A DNA stretch of 64,000 bases, taken from assembly GCF_020745735.1 (NCBI RefSeq), contig NC_083409.1, forward strand, positions 14,254,760 through 14,318,759, in the 5' to 3' direction. Shown one piece after another: positions 57,701-64,000 of the stretch (position 1 is its first letter; each line of letters starts with the position of its first letter). Source of the DNA: Hemiscyllium ocellatum. Its lineage: Eukaryota. The notes beneath the pieces were generated by a model that searched no databases, was not told where the DNA came from, and saw nothing but the letters and a program-made list of their open reading frames with translations. Position numbers and translations under genes: made by a program.

Positions 57701-58174
57701 AGCCCGCAGTCCCCCGAGAGGAAGAAGCTCATTCAATGTGTGACAAGTGAGAAAAAAAAGGCTTCATCAAATCTAAATGATTTGTCCTTCAACTGATCTC
57801 ATGACTTAAATGGGGAATGGTGTCTCTTCAGTTAGGTGATTCAAATCCACCAAATCAATTGTCACGTATGCACTCCTTCCATACCAAAAGGATATGTGGA
57901 TAAAATAGTAGCATGTCTTGCACTGATTTATTTCAAGATTCCTTTATTCAGTCATATGCTGAAGCTAATCAGTCCAACTTTCTTGTGTTCCCCTTGGATC
58001 TGTGGTTGTGCATAAGGAAATTTCCACATGTCCCCTTAAACAATGTGTGAGTCAACATAACAGTTGTGTTGAATCAATAATTGTAACCCAACTCTGCTCC
58101 TTGGGCAGAAAACTAATCCAAGGATTCTAGCTCAGCCTTTAACTTCATGTTCAAGTTCTAAATCTTTCAGTAAG

Positions 58175-58416
58175 CAATGGAAAATAACAAAGAACAATGT
58201 AAATCATTTACTGTCTCTCCAGACTCTGCTTCTCTTGCCACTGAGTACTCCCTTAGGTTCGATGAGGCAATGACTGAAGATGATATTGAAGAGAAATCCT
58301 TCCATCTCCTGCCATCAGAGAGCCATCGCTGCTTTAACATGGGGAAGAAACGCAGCCAGCAGTATGATTCCGATGAGGACATACTGCAGGATCAATCGGC
58401 TTCAATAGCTGTCAAA
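58175..58416 (+). CDS. CEP350: CEP350-like central exon, open frame
   Basis: MENNKEQCKSFTVSPDSASLATEYSLRFDEAMTEDDIEEKSFHLLPSESHRCFNMGKKRSQQYDSDEDILQDQSASIAVK|gtgagt, phase 0. Alternative acceptors at 58170 and 58174. Confidence 0.8.
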
Positions 58417-58789
58417 GTGAGTTCTCCCATGGGTTCGCCAAGGGTGAGTGGTGGAGCCAGTTAGTGGGATCTCAGTGTTTGGGTTAGTTGCTCCTCTCCA
58501 TGTTCTAGGTATCTTGCTATGAGATTCAGATGTAGAGGATGAGGAGCAGATGGGGCAATGAGTGTAAGGCAAGTGTTGGGCAGGGGCTGCTTTTTTTGAA
58601 AAAAGAAATACCACTCACTAACAATGTTGCCAGAGTTTATAAATCTTGAAGAGGAATAAATCTTTTCCATTGTTAATCTTTGTGATTGAGTTACCATGTA
58701 GTGAAGACGGAGATTAATATTTATTGGGATTCCTTGCTCACCTAGTCAGGTAAACAAACTAAATTTGACTGCTAAGAATGTTCCTAAAT

Positions 58790-59740
58790 TTACAACTTTC
58801 TACTGTACATTAAAGGTAGGAGTAGTAAGATGCAAAAGACAAGTGGAGCTTGCAGAGGAATTTGATTTGAACGAGATATTTGTGCAGATAATAAGAGATA
58901 TTCTAATTGGAAGGATATGGTTGGTGATATTCTGCATGGATCTATGTTGGTGCCCTATCTATTCACGATTCATAATGAAAGGAAAGCCACATTCAAAATT
59001 TGGGGCCTCTCTCCAGATTAGCAGCGATCTCGAGTGTCAGTAGATGGAAGCATAAAATCAGAAAGCAATCTTGATAGATTAAGTAAATGAAAAATCTATG
59101 GATGAGTTTGATCGGCAAGTGAGAGTTTGGATCAAAATAGGATATTTCTTGATTGTGGAAATTGAGACACAGTGGAGTTCAAAGGAACTTGGGGGTGATC
59201 CAGCTGTATATAGTTCATGAAAATGTCACAAACAGGCTCAGAAAAGTGATCAAGGGACCAGTGGAATGTTGGCATTTATGTCCAAAGAAGACTCGAAAAC
59301 AAAGGATTAGAAGTCATGCTTCAGCAATTCAAAACCGAGTCCGACCAAGTCGTCAGGGCTGGGCACCATGGCTTAGGAAGAGTATCACTCTTAGTGGAAG
59401 TGCAATGTAGACTAACTGAAGTGATACTTGGGCTCCGAGGCTTAATTTAAGAAGAGAGATTAAATAGATAACATGTTAGAGTCAGAACATTGAGGTGTGA
59501 TATTATGGAACACTTTTACACACAGAAATGGATGAAGTTTGAAACTCCCTTCCACAAACAGTGATTGATTTGAAATCAGTTACAAATTTTAAATCTGAGA
59601 TTGGTAGATTTTTAACCAAAATGCTGAAGGATTATGGGACAAAGACAGGGATTTGTCATGATGTTGAAGATTACCATGATTTGGGTGAATGGTGGAATAG
59701 GCTCAAGACACAAAATAGCCTCCTCCTGTTCTGATGTTGG
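58790..59740 (+). mobile_element. Decayed CR1 3' part
   Basis: Degenerate RT C-terminus and CR1 tail (ggctcaagacacaaaatagcctcctcctgttct). Confidence 0.7.
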
Positions 59741-60129
59741 TGTAACCATGACACCCTTATTCTCTGTATGTATAACTCCTATTCTGTTTTTGGTTATTTA
59801 TCAGAACCTGGCAGCAAATTAGAAATTGGAGTCCTGACCAGAAAATTATCAGTATGAGGGACTTTGCCAGTCTTAATGTGTTTCACAGATGATGAAATGA
59901 GACAGTCAGCATTTACTCATCCTGATAAATATTGGGATAGTTTGATGGGATCACTTGTGATGCAGCACGATTGGCATATTTGATGCTACTCCAACTACTT
60001 TTAATTGTTGTTGTTGTTGTCTGCACTCAGTCCTGAGGTTTTGTGGATTACAGGACAAATTTTGCTTGGGTCAGGGGAAGCAGATCACCTCACTCTGTAC
60101 TGTTTGTCCTCCTGTCTTTCACTGTTCAG

Positions 60130-60317
60130 CATGATTTGAGCATGCCCTTCTCTGGAGGTCAAGACAGTTTCTGTAAATTCACCATGGAGATGGTGCGACA
60201 ATACGTGGAGGAGGAGGAGACGCGTGCACAGCACCAGGTGTCACTCCTCAAACTGAGAGAACAAGCCATGAAGGAAAAGACCAAAGCAGAACTGGCCTGG
60301 TTGGAGCACCAGAAAAA
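60130..60317 (+). CDS. CEP350: CEP350-like central coiled-coil exon, intact
   Basis: ttcag|HDLSMPFSGGQDSFCKFTMEMVRQYVEEEETRAQHQVSLLKLREQAMKEKTKAELAWLEHQK(K)|gtgagt, phase 0 to phase 2. It is closer to recalled CEP350 than to its paralog CCDC187, but needs a tree to confirm. Confidence 0.9.
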
Positions 60318-61849
60318 GTGAGTAGCCGACCTATGCAGTGATGTTCAGCTGAATAGCCTTTCAAAAATGCAATGTAAGAATGTGCAGATCCTTCCAGTAA
60401 TCCTTTCCGGAGAAGGGGGAAAGCTAGTGTCTTTTCTCATTGCAGTCTGGCTGTTGTGCAGAATCTAGGTATTCACGTCATCTTTCCCCTTATCACTGTT
60501 TGGATTGAGTAGAATTAATGCAATTTTGACTCTTTTTTTCATATTTTTAAGTTTGTTCTTTGAATTTGGGATGTTTGCGGTAATGCTGGTATTTATTTAC
60601 TATCCCTCATTCTTGAAATGGTCATGGTGGTGAGCTGCCTTGAGCTACTGCAGTCTGCTTGGTCAATATAAACGTATCAACTCGCAAGTGCTGTTAGGTT
60701 TGGAGTTCAGGGCTCTGGAACAGATTGATGCAAGACTGTTGTCCTAACCCACAGGTCAGGATTTGAAACAAATTATTTCAGTGGATTTCTTTGCTGCTGT
60801 TAAGGCCAAGATTGTTGTCCATCCTTCATTGCACTTGGGAAGGTGATAGTAAGTCATTTCCTCAAACATCTGCAGTTCACCTGCTACAGGTACGACCACA
60901 ATGCTCACAGGAAATGAGTACCTGGGGTTTTGGTCCAAGAGTAGTGAAGGAATGGTATATTGCTAAGTCAGGATGTTGTGTGGCTTGGAGAGAAGCTTAC
61001 AAGTCATGGTGTTACATGTTATATACTCTCTGTGCCCTCTTAGGTGGTAGAGGTCAGAGGCTTTGAAGGTGCTGTTGAAAGAATTGAGTGAGTTCCTGCA
61101 GTGCATCATACAGTGCACATAGCTCTCATTGTTTATTGGTGAATGTGGTGCTGATCAAGCAGGTTGCTATGTTCTATTTGATGTTATGTTTCTTGGGCAT
61201 GTTCTGGGGAGACAGGAAGTGAGTTACTTAGTGAAGAATTTTCAGCTTCTGACCTGGTTTTGTTGACCCAGTATTGTATAGCTGATACGGTTCAGTTTCA
61301 GGTCGAGGGCAACTCTAATGTGATAATTGTGAGGAAAGCAGTGATGATAATACCACTTCACATCAAAAGGATTGCAAGAGATGGTCAATGCTTGGTAGGT
61401 ATGGTGTGCATGCCATCCATGCTGCCATAATACTGTAGTCACATATGCCATACTAGTTGTGGGCAGAAGATTTCCTCCTTCAAAGTCCCTCCATGAATTA
61501 TTTGGGTTTTTATGGCTGCTCAACATCTTTGTGGACACTTTTACTGACACCAACCTTTTATTTCCAGATTTTCTTTTAAAATACCCTTATTGATTTTGTG
61601 AGCATAAACAATATCTTGTTGAAATAAATTTTCTCCTGATTGAATATGACAAGCATGGAGGGGCATTACAGTTATAAAATATTAAGAAGAATTTGCTGTT
61701 TAACAAAATCTTAAACCCTGATCATTCTCTTTCTGGTTTAGTTGCTAATTCAGCAGTGGTGACACTGTGAGATCTACTTGGGCAGATTTATCCAAGTTTG
61801 TCTGTAAATTCCAGCATCATTATACCATGTGTTGCGAGCTGTGGTTTAC

Positions 61850-63760
61850 TAAAGAAGTTGAATCTCTTGTCAAGAGGAAGAAAAGGCTTATTGAGGCGTG
61901 AAGCTCAGTTAGGGAGCTTGAGAGTTACAAGTTAGTGAGGAAAGACCTAAAGAGAGAGCTAAGAAGAGCCAGGAGGAAACATGAAAAATCACTGGCAGAC
62001 AGGATCAAGGAAAACCATACAGCTTTCTATCAGTATATCAGGAAGAAAAGAATGACGAGAGAGATCAGGGCCAGTCAAGGATAGTTGTGGGATGTTGTGC
62101 ATGGAGTCCGAGGAGATGGGGAAGCATTAAATGAATATTTATTTGTTAGTATTCACACCGGAAAAAGATAGTCTGCATCGCAGTATTCTCCTCGACAACA
62201 CTATCAGACTAGACGGGATTGAGGTTCATCAGGAGGTGTTAGCAATTCGATAAAGTGTGAAAATAGGTAAGGCCTCTCGGCTGGATGGGATTAATCCGAG
62301 GATTCTCTGGGAAGCCAGGGAGGAGATTGCAGAACCTTGAGCTTTGATCTTTGTTGTCATTGTCTACAGGAATAGTACCAGAAGACTGGAGGATAACAAA
62401 TGTTGTCCCCTTGTTCAAGAAGGCGAGTAAAAACAACTCTGCTATTATAAATGACTGAGCCTTATTTGGTTGTGGGTAAAATGTTGGAAAAGGTTATAAG
62501 AGATAGGATTTATAATCATCTAGAAAGGAATAAGTTGCTAAGCGATGGTCAACACAGTTCTGTGAAAGTTAGTTCGTGTCTTACAAATTTTATTGAGTTC
62601 TTTTAGGAACATGGATGAGGGTAATGCGGTTGATGTGGTGTACGTGGATTTCAGTAAGGCATTTGATAAATTTCCCACTGTAGGCTATTGCACAAAATAC
62701 AGAGGCATGGGATTGCGGGTGATTTAACTGTTTTGGATCAGAAATTGGCGAGCTGAAAGAAGACAGAGTGTGGTAACTGATGGGAAATGTTCAGTAATGA
62801 GTAATATACCGCAAGGATCTGTTTTGGGTCCACTGCTGTTTGTCATTTTAATAAATGACCCAGATGAGGGCATTGATGGATGGGTTAGTAAATTTGTAGA
62901 TGGCATGAAGGTCAATGGAGTTGTGTATAGTGCTGAAGGGTGTTGCTAGGTTTCAGAGGGATATAGATAAGCTGCAGAGCTGGGTTGAGAGGTGGCAAAA
63001 ATGGAGTTTAATGCAGAAAAGTGTGAGGCGATACAGCCAAGAAGGAGCAACAGGAATAAGGAGTACTTGGTAAGATTCTTGGTAGTGGAGATGTGCAGAG
63101 AAATCTCGATGTCCATGTATAGATCCCTGAAAGTTGCCACCCAGGTTGATAGGAAGGCAATACCATACGGTGAGTTAGCTTTTATTGGTAGAGGAATTGA
63201 GTTTCAGAAGCACATAGTCATGCTGCAGCTGTACAAAACTCTGGTGCGGCCAAACTTGGAGTATTGCGGCAGTTCTGGTCACTGCATTAGAGAAAGGATG
63301 CGGAAGCTTTGGAAAGGGTGCAGATGTTACCTGGTATGGAGGGAAGGTCTGATGAGGAAAGGCTGAGGGACTTATGGCTGTTTTGATTAGAGAGAAGAAA
63401 GTTGAGAGGTGATTTAATTGAGACATATAAGATAATCAGAGGGTTAGATAGGGTGGACAGAAAGCCTTTTTCCACATGAGGTGATGGCTAGCACGAGGGG
63501 ACATAGCTTTAAATTGCAGGGGGATAGATATAGGACAGATGGCAGAGGTAATTTCTTTAGTCAGAGTGGTAAGGGTGTGGAACACACTGCCTGGACTCAT
63601 CAACTTTAAGGGCATTTGAATGGTCATTGGATAAACATACAGATGAAAATGGAATAATGTAGGCTAGATAGGCTTCAGATTGGTTCTACAGGGGGTCGGT
63701 GCAACATGGAGGGCCGAAGAGCCTGCACTGTGCTGTAATATTGTATGTTCTATGTTCATG
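61850..63760 (+). mobile_element. CR1 LINE ORF2 remnant (linker, RT, 3' tail)
   Basis: Degenerate NYR and DFSKAFDK motifs; MEFNAEKCE...LQLYKTLVRPNLEYC. Confidence 0.9.
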
Positions 63761-63785
63761 TGACTTTGCCATGTTCTCTAACCAG

Positions 63786-63873
63786 ACACCTTCGAGACAA
63801 TGGGGAAGATGACAAGATGCCATCCATCCGAAGGAGACAACGTGGGCTTCTGCTCAGGCTGCAGCAGGAGCAG
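63786..63873 (+). CDS. CEP350: CEP350-like central exon, intact
   Basis: accag|A CAC CTT CGA..., giving (K)HLRDNGEDDKMPSIRRRQRGLLLRLQQEQ|gtatga. It completes the phase-2 codon of the previous exon. Confidence 0.9.
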
Positions 63874-64000
63874 GTATGACTCACTGAATGCCAGGGAAAA
63901 TGTTGGGCTATCACTAATACTTCATAAATGAACATGTTTCCCCAAGGTTCCGATTTGTTGCAAACCTTTTTTATATGGCAATCCAGCTTTTCCTTGAAAT

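Overview
Eukaryotic, repeat-rich DNA from a cartilaginous fish, most likely a carpet shark (Orectolobiformes; inferred from the SINE/CR1/Penelope repertoire and the Ig sequence). Left part: one complete, unrearranged kappa-type (nurse-shark NS4-like) immunoglobulin light-chain minicluster. It has a promoter, leader (2418-2466), V (2653-2963) with 12-RSS, 23-RSS with J (3463-3497), an 11.8 kb TE-filled intron, and C (15344-15672). Middle: an inverted, 5'-truncated copy of the C exon and its 3' UTR (31044-31860) sits between the two arms of an old inverted paralogous block (about 23.2-28.9 kb versus 33.7-37.8 kb). Several Penelope-like elements here carry minimal hammerhead-ribozyme motifs. Right part: a CpG-island promoter with four phased NRF1-type sites (40.8-41.4 kb) and a decayed class I endogenous retrovirus (42.3-51.0 kb). 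Beyond it lie seven CEP350-like exons in scrambled order: decayed C-terminal exons first, then three intact, in-phase central exons that run off the window end. Protein and repeat-family assignments rest on recalled motifs, not database searches. Repeat boundaries are approximate unless junction sequence is quoted, and identity figures are hand counts or by-eye estimates.
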